A stretch of DNA of 63,859 nt, filler included, from Chiloscyllium plagiosum (Eukaryota): the NCBI RefSeq assembly GCF_004010195.1. It is 3 parts of one record of this genome, joined end to end, with 100 filler letters (N's around TTAATTAATTAA, not from the genome) between each part and the next. Parts side by side here need not be neighbours in the genome. Positions count along the whole stretch, not along the records: positions 29,686 to 58,384 come from NC_057714.1; 2 more parts are not named here. One strand, written 5' to 3'. Below are positions 41,101-52,908 of the stretch, piece by piece. The notes below the pieces were generated by a model that saw only the letters and a list, made by a program, of their open reading frames with translations, did not search any database and was not told where the DNA came from. Both the position numbers and the translations under genes were made by a program. Numbering within the stretch: the first letter of the stretch is position 1; each line of letters opens with the position of its first letter.

Positions 41101-44100
41101 GCAGCATCCAAAGCTCCTTGGATGCTGCCTGAACTGCTGTGCTCTTCCAGCACCACTAATCCAGAATCATTACAATTATATGCTGTCATAACAGTTACTA
41201 TCTTCTTGCTACTTAGAAAGTATTCGTATCTATCTTTCTTAGAAAGAAAGTCAATGACTTCACACTTTCTCCACATTGATCTGAGTTTTGCAGTTGTCAC
41301 AACTCAACCTTTAAAAGTTCCTTTAAAACTTTATGTTTCAGTCTAAGTTCTTTAGAATACCATCCAGCATCTGCAGGTTTTTTTTTATCCAACCTAGCGT
41401 TGCCAGCAAATAGATATATGGCTCTCTCTTGCTTTATTCAACACATTCAATGGCAAGCACTGCTGTCTCACAGCGTCAGGGACCCAGGTCTGTTTGGAGC
41501 TTGCACATTCTCCCTGTGTCTGCGTGAGTTTCCTCCAGTTTCCTCCCATAATCCAAAGATGTGCGCAGGTTAGGTGAATTGGCCATGCTAAATTGCCCAT
41601 AGTATTCAGTTTCGTGTAGGTTCGATGCATTAGGTTTAGGGGTAATGTAGGGTAGGGAAAACGGTCATGGGTGGGTTACTTTTCCGAGGGTCAGTGTGGA
41701 CTTGTTGGGCTGAAGGGCCAATTTCCACATTGTAGGGATCTGATTATTCTAATTTACTATTTGTTACAAATAGGGGTGTTTTGTTCAATGCTTAAATCTC
41801 AATCACCATCAGTTTAAAAAAAAAAGTTTAGTCATTGCCACAATGCTATTTGAGGAAGACCCCTCTACAAAAAGTAGGTGTCTCAGCTCCTACATTACAA
41901 TAGTGTTGATGTTTCAAGAATACTTCATTTGCTGAAAAGCACTTGAAAACATCCTGTGATCAAGAAAAGCACAGCATAAGATGTAAATCTTTCTTTAACA
42001 CATTTAGCAGCCATTAGATTTTGAAAATTTGTCATTTAATAACATTTGTTTCTCTTATAAACACGACTAATTATATTGAATTCACTTAGACGTCGCCTTG
42101 AGTTATTCCTTGCATCTCTGACATTTCATAATTTCCAAATTATTAGCAACAACACATGCTCTTCCCCAACCAGCTGCTGGTTGTTCAATGGTCAATTATA
42201 AATAAGCATTCTGGCTGGTGAAAGAGTTTCCAAACTGCTGGAAGTATTCGTAAATAACATTTCATAGGCTGCACTGACATCAGATCCAGCCCTACAGCAA
42301 TGCACAAATCTTGTGGGATCAACACTGACCATCTGCTGTGCGGCTTTTTCATTTTCAGTTAGATTTAGCTGCAATGTATTGACTTCAGAGCAAAATACTG
42401 CTTCCCCCTACACTTTATAAACTACTGTTTTAGATGCTTAAAGTAAAATAAAAATTCCCATTGTTATGACACGGGGTAAACCCTCCTGCTTAATTTAAAC
42501 TAGCAACACAAAACAATTTATCCCATGCAGTAATCTGAAAATTCGAGGCCAAGAACTATTTAAAGTAAAAATTAAAAACTTCAATTCTGAAAGTATAACA
42601 GAGAATAATTAACTAACAACTATCTTTTACTTTCCCTTCTACAATACTAGTCTGATAACCACCTCCACCTCCCACCCAGAGTAAGATTTACCAAAAGAAA
42701 TTCAAATTTCAAAACCAGCCAGCCATTGTTCTACTTCTGTAGAGATACTCTCCAGGACTGTGTTGATGTTGGTCTCTGTGCAAACTCCTTCTCTAGACAG
42801 GTACCTCTCAGAGGAATTCTTACTAGCCGCCTACATCTGTTGGTCTTTTGGCAGTTCTCCTCCAACTGTTCAATTTTCCCGGTCTTATACCGCTAAAGCA
42901 TCAGATGATGTCATTTGCTTGTAATATTGTCAATATACTAAATTCAAAACGGGATTGAAGTTTAGTTTTTTTTGGAGGGTATCATTTAAACTGATTGGCC
43001 TACCAAGTTTGGTTTTGTGCCTGGGTAACCAAATACCCTAGATGCTGGACAATACGTTAAATTGTATCTTATTCAGAACACGTGGCGCTGTCAGGTAGTT
43101 CTGCTAGCTTTTAAACTCTTAAGTATAGTACACTCATCTTTATAACACTGCCCCCCACCCCCCAGAAAAAAAATCATAATGAAAAGATGGCTTCATTTTT
43201 TCTATTCTGTAAATACATTACCCTAACATACTGATAATTTTCATCTAAGTTCACCTTAACTTCTTCCCATATAACTGTATATATGAAAATAACATTAAAG
43301 ACAAATCTCATCCAAACTTTATCAGTTAAATCTGCGATAACACATCTGCGATTACATTCTTACGACCTGAAACATGTAAGATTTTTAATATTAAAGTCCC
43401 TAACATAAGCCTCCAATGAAGTAGTCTCATATTCTTGTCTTTAAAACAATCTAAGAATGTAAGAGGAATGTGATCCATGTACACCACCATCTTTGACACA
43501 TTGTTGGTAACATACACATTAAAATGTTATAAGGCCAGTACCAAACTCAATAGTTCTTTTTTGATTGTGGAGCATTTCCTCTGGTGATGTTGATCTTCTT
43601 CAAAAAGTAACCAACTAGCAGTTCAATCCCACCCTCATCTTCCTGTAGCAGTGCAGCTCCAACTCCTACGTCACTAGCATCGATGGCGACTTTAAAAGGT
43701 TTTGAAAAGTTTGGTGTAGCTAAAACTGGTTTAGTGGTTAATATTGATATCAAATGGTCGAATGCTTCCTGGCATGGTTCTGTCCACCGAAACTTTGTGT
43801 TCTTCTTCAGCAAATCAGTTAACGGTGCTACTACACTGCTGACATTGAACAAACTTCTGGTAGAATCCACTGAGTCTTAAGAATCGAAGCACCTCTTTCT
43901 TAGAGGCTGGTCATGGAAATGCCTTGATGGCTTTTGTCTTTGCATTCTGTGGGGTGAACCTTTCATGACTGATGTTATGTCCCAAAAACGTCACCTCTGC
44001 TTTTGCAAATTCAGTTTTATTTAAGTTTATCACCAGTTTTGCTTTTCAGACATTCAAAGAGCTCTGCCAACTGTACCATGTGATCATTCCAGGACTTAAA

Positions 44101-47100
44101 GATCTCTATGTCGTCCAAATAGACGGCACAGTTTACTAACCCAGCCACAACCCTGTTCATGAGTCTTTGGAACGTGATGGGTGCGTTCTTCATTCCAAAG
44201 GACATCACTTTAAACTGATATAGCCCATTTTGGGTTACAAACACAAATTTCTTTCGAAGCCTCTGATAAAAGGTACCTGCCAGTAACCACACATTAAGTC
44301 CAACTTGGTGATGTAACTGGCTTGTCTGACTTTCTCAATACAGTCCTCCAATCTAGGAATTGGATAGGAGTCTGATTTTGTAACAGCATTGACCTTCTGA
44401 TAATTCACGCAGAATCGTCGAGTCCCATCCGGTTTGGGAACTAAGAAGATCAGCGAAGCCCACTCGCTCTGGCTTGGTTCGATGATGTCCTCATCAATCA
44501 TGGCCTCCACTTCTTCTGGTCCTGTCTGGCTTTGAGAGGATTAAGCCAATAGGGGTGTTGTTTTATCGGAGCAGTATTGCCTATGTCTACTTCACATACA
44601 ATAACATTAGTCCTCCCCATCTGATTCTTACATATGTCCTTATACTGCAGTAACAAATCTTTCAACTCCATTCTGTGCTCCTGAAACAGATAACTTACTA
44701 ATCTATCCCACTCCTCAAGGACTTCATTTTTTAAATCACATCAAAATTCGAAGCACGTCAAAATCCATATAATCTGGATTTGATTCCTCACTCTACGGGG
44801 CAGTAACTAACGCCTGTTTCGCCAGTTCTTTCTCTCTCATCTAATTACGGTTCCAACATGGTCACATGACATACCAGATACATTTTCTTTCCCCCCTATC
44901 TGGCATCTTTATTAGATAGTTCACCTGACTCAACTTTTTCTCAATTTGGTAGGGACCACTAAACCTGGCTTTGAAGGGATCTGCTATGGCTGGTTACAGT
45001 ACCAACACGTTATCCCCTCGGGAAAACGTCAGAGTCTCAGAGCTTTTATCTGCCACCTGCTTCATTTGCCGCTGTGCCCTCTTTAGGTGCTGTTTAGCTA
45101 CCTCACCTACTCAATTTAATCTCTCCCTCACTTCCGATACATAATCCAAGTGTGAGATCTCAGACTTTGGTCCTGTCAATTTTTCTTTAATTTCAAAGGG
45201 CCTTTCACTTCATGCCTGAATATTAACTCGAAGGGAGTGAACTGAATAGATTTATTTGTGGCAACTCTAATAGCAAACAATAAGGATACCTTTATCCCAA
45301 CCATTCGAGTAATGCTGACAGTATGCTCTCGAAAAAAAGGTTTTCAAGGTCTGATGCCACCTTTCTAAAGCTCCCTGGGATTCAGGATGCTATACACTGG
45401 ATTTAAAGTGCTGTATATCTAAGCTATCCATATCCTCCTCAAACAGTTAGCAGTAAAACTTGACCCTTGGTCCGACTGAATCTCTGGGTAGCACATACCA
45501 TGTGAAGAAAGCTACTGACTCCTCTACTACCCTTTTTGCCTTGCTACTCCATAATGGAATTGCCTCCGAAAACCTGGTGAACACATCAATTATGGTTAAC
45601 AAGTACTGGTTCCCACTTTTAGTTCTCAGGAGGGGACCGACGCAGTCAATTATAACCTGCGTGAAAAGGTTCTTCATATGTGGGAATTGGCAACAATGGT
45701 ACTGGTTTTATTACCGCCTGTGGCCTACCTACCTTTTGGCATGCATGACACATTAACATCCTTGTGCATTCCAGGCCAATAAACATGCTTTTGCACCTTA
45801 GCCTGAGTCTTTCGTACTCCTAGGTGACCTCCTACAGATATTACCGGTAGCACAGGAACTACTTCCTGTCTGTATGCTACCAGCAATACAACCTTGTGCA
45901 CTTCAGCCCATTTCTCCTCTGCACTAACTGCCGTGGTCTCCATTTTCCCCTTAGGATTTTATCTTTCAGATAGTGACCCTCTGGAATATTCTCTGCCTCT
46001 TTTTTGGAGTATGCATCCACATATCTCTTATCGTCTTGTCTCGCTGTTGCGAGTCTCTTAGCCTTTCAGGACTAAACACTTCTGTCTGACCCTCTGCCTG
46101 TTCAGGTTTTTCCTGCACCATTACATCAAACAGGGTATCTGCTAACTGAACCTCAGCTCCTTAATCTTTCTCTTTACTTTTCACTTTGTGCTGTGACTTA
46201 TGATCGTGGGATCTGGTTACCCCACAGTCTGGGAAAATACCAGGATATTTCTGTTTTAACTCCTCAGCTTCTTGGTTTTCCTTAGGCTTCTCCACAACAA
46301 GGGAAACATTACATTTCTGTCCACCTATCCCACAAATTACCACACTCTTCAGTAACACATCCGTCAGAGTGCATATTCGTTCATCCCTTACTATCAGCGA
46401 TTGATTAGATCTTGGATCTCTCAAAATTATAACTTCTTGTCTTTCTCCCCCTATTCTTTGAGTAAACTTTACCCACAGAGGTGAATTCTTTGCAGAGATC
46501 AGGTACTAACTCCATACCCAGCCCCTGCCTAGGCTGTGCACTCTGGTGCAGCTCCTTGGCTCTTCTTGTGATCTCCTTTACTACCGTCACTAATGCCACT
46601 GGCTTAGCTTCTTTCACCACATCTTTTCCCACAGCGCTTTTCTTTAATGACCAGCACTGTGACTTTGTGTCCCACACCTTCTGGTAGTGAAAACATCTTT
46701 TCCCACTGGCACTGTAATTTTCTGTGTCCCACACCATTATAGTGAAACATCTGGGGCCTTTCACCTCCTGCCCACCCTCTTGAGCTTCTGTAATCTGTGA
46801 TAAATTCTTACCAGTGCACTGGACTCTTGGTTTCATAGTGTAGGATCTCCCCTTCTCCCAAATTCTATCCCTCACAGGATAGAAATTCTGGCCAGAAGCT
46901 AGTCTTAAGCACCAACATGTATTCATCTGCTAGTTCTGCTGCCCTTCTGACTTCCTCCACGTGAATTCTTAATCTCTGAATGTTTTTAAATTCATCCAGC
47001 AGAATAATCTCTTAAAGTCTCATAGTCTTATCTATTTTCAAAGCATGCACCCATCTATCAAAATGACGTTTAATTCTTTTGAACTCAACTCAAGTCTGAC

Positions 47101-50100
47101 CTGGTTCCTTTTTGGTGTTTCTGAATGACTATCTATATGCTTCTGGTACCAATTCATGAACACTTAAAATAGCCTGTTTAACCTCTTCATAATCCCTTGA
47201 GCCCTCATCTGACAGTGTGGCAAATACCTCACTCGCTCTGCCTGCCAGTTTAGTCTAAACTGGCATTACCTATAAATCCTGAGACCACTCAATCTGCCTC
47301 GCTAATTTTTCAAATGAAATAAAGGCAGCTTCAGCATCTTTCTCATCAAAATATGGCAGACATTTTAACATATTGGTATATATCACTACCTTCACTTTCA
47401 ATCTCCATCCTGTTAACTTGACTTTGCTAAGTAGCAGCTTCTCAAGTTCAAATTCTCTTTTCGCTCAGTTAAGAACCTTCCCTCCCTTTGCTCAGCCAAG
47501 AACCTTCTCTCCCTCTCGGTTTCTCCTCCAATTCTATTTTCCTCAATTGCAATTTAAGGTTTTCTACCTCTACTGCACTTGTCAAACACTTAGCTGTTTG
47601 AGAGAAACAGACTAACTCCCTTACAATTTCAGATTTACTTTTGTCCTTGGTTAAACCCAAATCTAACTTCTTTGCTAATGCTAAAAGTATGGCCTTTTTC
47701 TTTCCTTCTAAACTTTCTTGGCAAATTTGAGAATCATCTTAAATCCCATAACCTTTTTTTAAAGCAGTCTTAAGAGTCATTTCTCTCACTTTCAATCAAC
47801 CACAAGTCATGGAAATTAAACAAAATTGTCTCACCTATGCCTTTTTTAAAGATCTAGGACACTAACCTGCAGGTGTTTAAATGTGCTGAGATGTTGAATA
47901 CTCCCAAATCTACTCAATTCTGTCTAAACCAGTTCAAATCACAAATCCAAGACCCAAACTGTTCAAACTGCAGACAAAAGCTCCCTAAACAGTTCAAATC
48001 CTGGAAGAGCCCCCAAACTGTTATGACACAGGGTAAATCCTCCTGCTTAATTTAAACCAGCAACACAGAAGAGATTTATCCCATGCAATAATCTGTGAAA
48101 ATTCAAGAGGCCAAGAACTATTTAAAGTAAAAATCAACAACTTCAATTCTTAAAGTATAACAGAAAATAACTAACAACTATTTACATCTCCTTCCTCTAA
48201 CCTATCTTTTACTTTCCCTTCGATAATACTAGTCTGATAACCCCAACCCCCACCAAAATAAAATTTACCAAAACATTTCAAATTTTAAAACCAGCCAGCT
48301 GTTGTATCTTCTTCTGTAAATTTGCTGTCCAGGTTGGCATCAATGTCTTTCCTCTGTGCAAACTACTTCTCTAGACAGGTACCTCTCAGAGTTCTTACTA
48401 GCTGCCTACATCTGTAGGTCTTTTGGCAGTTGTCCTCTCAACTGTTCAATTTTCCCCGGTCTTATACTCCCAAAGCATCGGATTTTGTCATTGACTTTTC
48501 AAGATTGTCAATATGCTAAATTCAAACTGGATTGGAGTTTGGTATTTTTGGGGGTATAATTTAAACTGATTGGCCTATCAAATTTGGTTTTGTTCCTACA
48601 AAGCCAGCTAGCCTAGCTGCTGGACCACATGTTACATTGTATTTTATTCAGAACACTTAGTGCTGTCAGGTCACTCTGCAAGCTTTTAACTCTCTTAAAA
48701 AGGTGCAGTACACCCACATCTTCATAACACCATAATGTTAACTGCTGTACTTAATCCATTAGGGATTTTTCTTTTCTAATGGACTTTGTAATTGTAGGAT
48801 TACAATACCACAAATCAATCTACTAGTTCTTACCTCCAGACCTCCCTGGACCTTCCCTTCCAGCCAGCTGGGTTCCATATGACATTTGCCCAGATGATGA
48901 ACTAGACCCAGGATATCTGTAGGCAGGGAATGGAGGTGGTGGTGGTGGCGGTGGCGGCAGTGGTGGTGGTGGTGGTGGTGGTGGAGGAGATATTGAGGAC
49001 AAACTTGGCTTGTTGGAAAAGCTGGGTAGTTTTGGCGGCAAGGCTGGCGGAACTTCAAGACTATTCAAAAAAGGGGGAGGTGGTGGCAGAGCATTTTCAG
49101 TTTTATTACAGGGAGTAAAGGCAGGGCCTGGAGGTAAGGGAGGTGGTGGGGGAGGAGGCAGAGGAAAATCAGTACAGTCTTCAATATAAAGTATAGAAGG
49201 TGGAGGCGGAGCAGGGAATATAAAATCTGAAGCTTGCTCTTGAAAATTATAGGAAGGTGGTGGAGATGGTGGCGGAGGAGGTGGAGGAGGTGATGGTGGT
49301 TGTTGTATGTATTGAAATTTAAATGGTTTAACATTTGTAAGTATAGGTGGACGAGGGGGAGGAATTGAAGGAGCAACTGGTGGTGAAGGTGATTGTATTG
49401 TTATTGCATTTTTTGTATATTTATTATTGAATGAAGATGAGAATGAAGATGTAGAAGAGGGACATGTTGACAGAGATTTATTCTGACTTGAAAGGGGTAT
49501 AAGGGCAGACATGATAAGATGGTTTTGAACTGTCTTTTGACCTTTAGATAAATCAAAGGGTTCTGGACATTCAGGTTGCTTAAATGCATTTTTCTCATTT
49601 CTGGCACTTTCGTTCTGGACCGAGAGTCTTGATGGTGAGACTTTCATACTGAAAGTTTGAACAGCTGGTTTGGAACCTCTTTCTGAAACCAATTACAGAT
49701 AGAATGAATAAAAACATTGAAATGCATTTACTAACTAAAATCTATCACATTTCATGATAAGTATGATTGTACTTTGCAACTAGTTTTTCAATTCATCAAT
49801 GAAAGACATGGTGAAAAATATGGAGTCAAAATGAAGGGGTGCACCAATTTGTGGGGATTTTGTTTAGTCTCTAATAAAAGCGTGTAGACAGCAAAACATG
49901 TTCAGTGTCACTAGAAATCTTGAACACAAAACCTTCATTAGCACAATTGCCATATTACTAAACATAGCAATTAACGAAATGCTCACCTCCACATAAATAA
50001 TATTGGCTTGATTGTTGTACTGCTAAATATTATAATAAAATATTTAAAATCTTAATGGCTGTAACTATAGAAATTTTATGAAGGTATTAAACAAATTTGT

Positions 50101-52849
50101 CTTAGCTTCACACTGCTTATGTTGATATACCCACCAACATAATGGAAATTCAAATGTGCAAAAAGCAAAAACTAAATGAAGTAATTGGGAAAATATGAAA
50201 GGATAGTTTTATAAAATTCAGTCTAGTTAATTTAATAATTGGACTATTATTTACTTTTAAAATACTACTTGCTTTCTCTCCCCTGAACCTCAGCAAGTGA
50301 TACAAACCACTCTGGAGAGGAATCAACATGTCAAAGAACATTTCCATTGAACCTAGGAATGTGAGGCGAAAAGCAGCTCTGGACGGTTTCCATCACATGT
50401 AACCTGCAGTCCAGATCTAGGTGGGGCCTGGATAGGTGACTTCTTTCATAATAAAGCTAGCCTTTGAAGTTGCCTGCAGCAATGTGAGAAAATGCAAGCA
50501 CAACCTTTCAATAGTTGAACAAACGCTTGCTGACAATAAGGGGTTCTCTGCTAGTCCAACTTCAAAATGCTAGAACGATCACCTAATAATGGACAATATT
50601 TTCACATAAGGAATATTTGACGCATCAATCTTTGCCCAGTAAAGGCAGGTACATTTTCTTCTTCAGAGATACTGGGCGCCGCATCAGCTTTCCAGCAGCT
50701 CATTAAGTCAATGAATTAATCTTCACCATTTCAATTAAAGGTCAATGATTTGCATACCAGCAGGTGAGCAGGTTTTGTCAAATCTTGGGGCCTGTGTCAC
50801 TATCAGTACATAAACTGGTTTGACCACAGTATATGAAGTGTACCAACATAAATCTCATTTTCTTCTACTTCAGGGTATTGCTTTATTTGGTAGCACTGCT
50901 TAAAGTTGAAATATTCCAATTTTTACAGGGCAGTTATTTGATATGATAGCATACTCAAGTTCTGATTTCTCTTTTAAATTAAGTTTGTTCACCACCTAAG
51001 GACACAGGAATCCTTATGAAAGAGATATATATATATATAGGCTTCAACATGGAGGACTGAATACTAGACTCTATCACATATATGACCATTCACGTTGATC
51101 TCGCCTAGTGCACACCCTGTAATCTGTCTGCCTCCAAAGTCTTTTTGATCTGTACATTCTTGCTTAAGATGATCTGCGTGTACTGCTCATAAACAAAGCT
51201 TTTCACTGTTCATCAGTACATGTAACAATAAAGCAAATCAATCTTTTACACTCCAGGCAGAATAGTACGTTAAATTGATGAGATAAAGAAATTCTACATG
51301 TGCAAACAAGTTATTCATATACTGACTGCACTTTCAATCACTTCACTTTTATGCTGAATTGATAAAAAGCCATTCACAATATTGTGGTACCAAAATGGGG
51401 AAACTCTTTATGAAGTGGTACCACAAATTAGTTCCTTCATGATTTGCATTTCTTCAGATTTCCATATCCCTTTGTACCACAAGCAATCTACAGTCTCTTT
51501 CCACTTAAATAATATTCTTCTATTCTTACTGCCAAAATGCACAATCGCACAATTTATATTCCATCTGTCCATTTTTGCCCACTGAACTTTTCTACATCAC
51601 TTTGCGAATTTTATTTAACCTTCTCACAACCTGCTTTCCTACCATTTAGTCCAATCATCCAAGTCATTAGGATTATAAATAATTACAGCCCCAGAAATGA
51701 TTCCTTGTAGCTATTCAACAGGCACAGTATGCCAACCAGAAAATGACTGATTTGCCCTGACACTGTTCCCTGCCCATTATCCATTCCTCTATGGGATGCT
51801 AATATATTACTCCACCACCATAATATTAAGTAGTCATCCTTTATGTGTTACCTTGTCAAATACCTTTAAGAATTCGAAACACTGCCAATTTACTGATTCA
51901 ACTTTATCCTTCTGTGTTTGTTATCATTCACAAATGGATGAAAGTTTGTCAAATTTGATTTGCCTTTCATAAAACCATGCTGAATCTGTTTGATTATATA
52001 ATGGTTTTCTAAATCTCTTCCTCCTGCTTTCTTCACAATGCATTTCCTGCAATAAGTAGCCAAGACAGGTTGCTCTCATTACTGGTGTCACTCAGGTGGC
52101 TCCTCAATTGAAACAGGAATCTTGAGATTTAAACATGATAAAGATCCTGATCCCTGTAAACTGAGCCAGGTTAGGACTAGAACAGTGAAAGGGGAAATAG
52201 ACAGTATAGGCAATACAAGGAACTGATGGGGAGAGAAGTAAACAGTATCTATAATGATAAATATATTTTAATGCATTAAATGTCAACATGTAATGACATG
52301 ATTGGATATCACATTTTAGTTTGAATATGATTGAATAATAGTCATGATTGGGTAATACCAGTCATGAGCACTAACTTGGAATGCAAGTTGTCCAATCGTG
52401 ATTGGACAGAAATAAAAGATTTAAAAGTGTGCAAGGCTATAATTGGAAAGCATCACTTGTTGAAATAATAAATCGGTAGCTTATCTGTAACAATAGTATA
52501 AACCTTTGTATTCGGATGACATTTTGAGTTGTATGCTAATTTTTTAAGGTGAACATCTCCCATGACTGCACAAATAAACTTAAAGAAGAAACTGGAGTCT
52601 TGTTTGGTCAAAGGAGGAAATAAAGAGAGAGTTTAAATTATTCCTATACACACGCTGATGCATTTGGAACTCCAAACCCACTAAACCAGGTATCCAAATC
52701 AAAATCCCGATTGGTCACCATTGACTTTTAAGATTAATGACTTCAATTTTGTGTAGTCATCTATTGTTAGAAATAGCTGTGCTCCAAACAAAGACACCTG
52801 TCAGGAATGCAGAAGGGAAATTAATAACCTTAAAAATTATTAGCAGGTG

Positions 52850-52908
<59 letters not shown>

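Larger units (their letters stand above)
42462..48729 (-). mobile_element. Full-length degenerate Gmr1-like Ty3/Gypsy LTR retrotransposon (gag-PR-INT-RT-RNaseH)
   Basis: Two ~700 bp direct LTRs (TG...CA) and a 4-bp TSD CCAT (42458-42461 / 48730-48733). PBS and PPT are on the minus strand. Fragments: integrase GGHLGVRKT and VIIDCVGPL..GNQYLLTIID, RT VPKPDG..RFCV and YLDD, RNase H DAS and DHIPL. Many stops and frameshifts. Confidence 0.93.

Noticed and set aside
48759..49118. Poly-His ORF 48759..49058 and poly-Val ORF 48930..49118
   Set aside because: Alternative frame and antisense readings of the WIPF3 polyproline codons.
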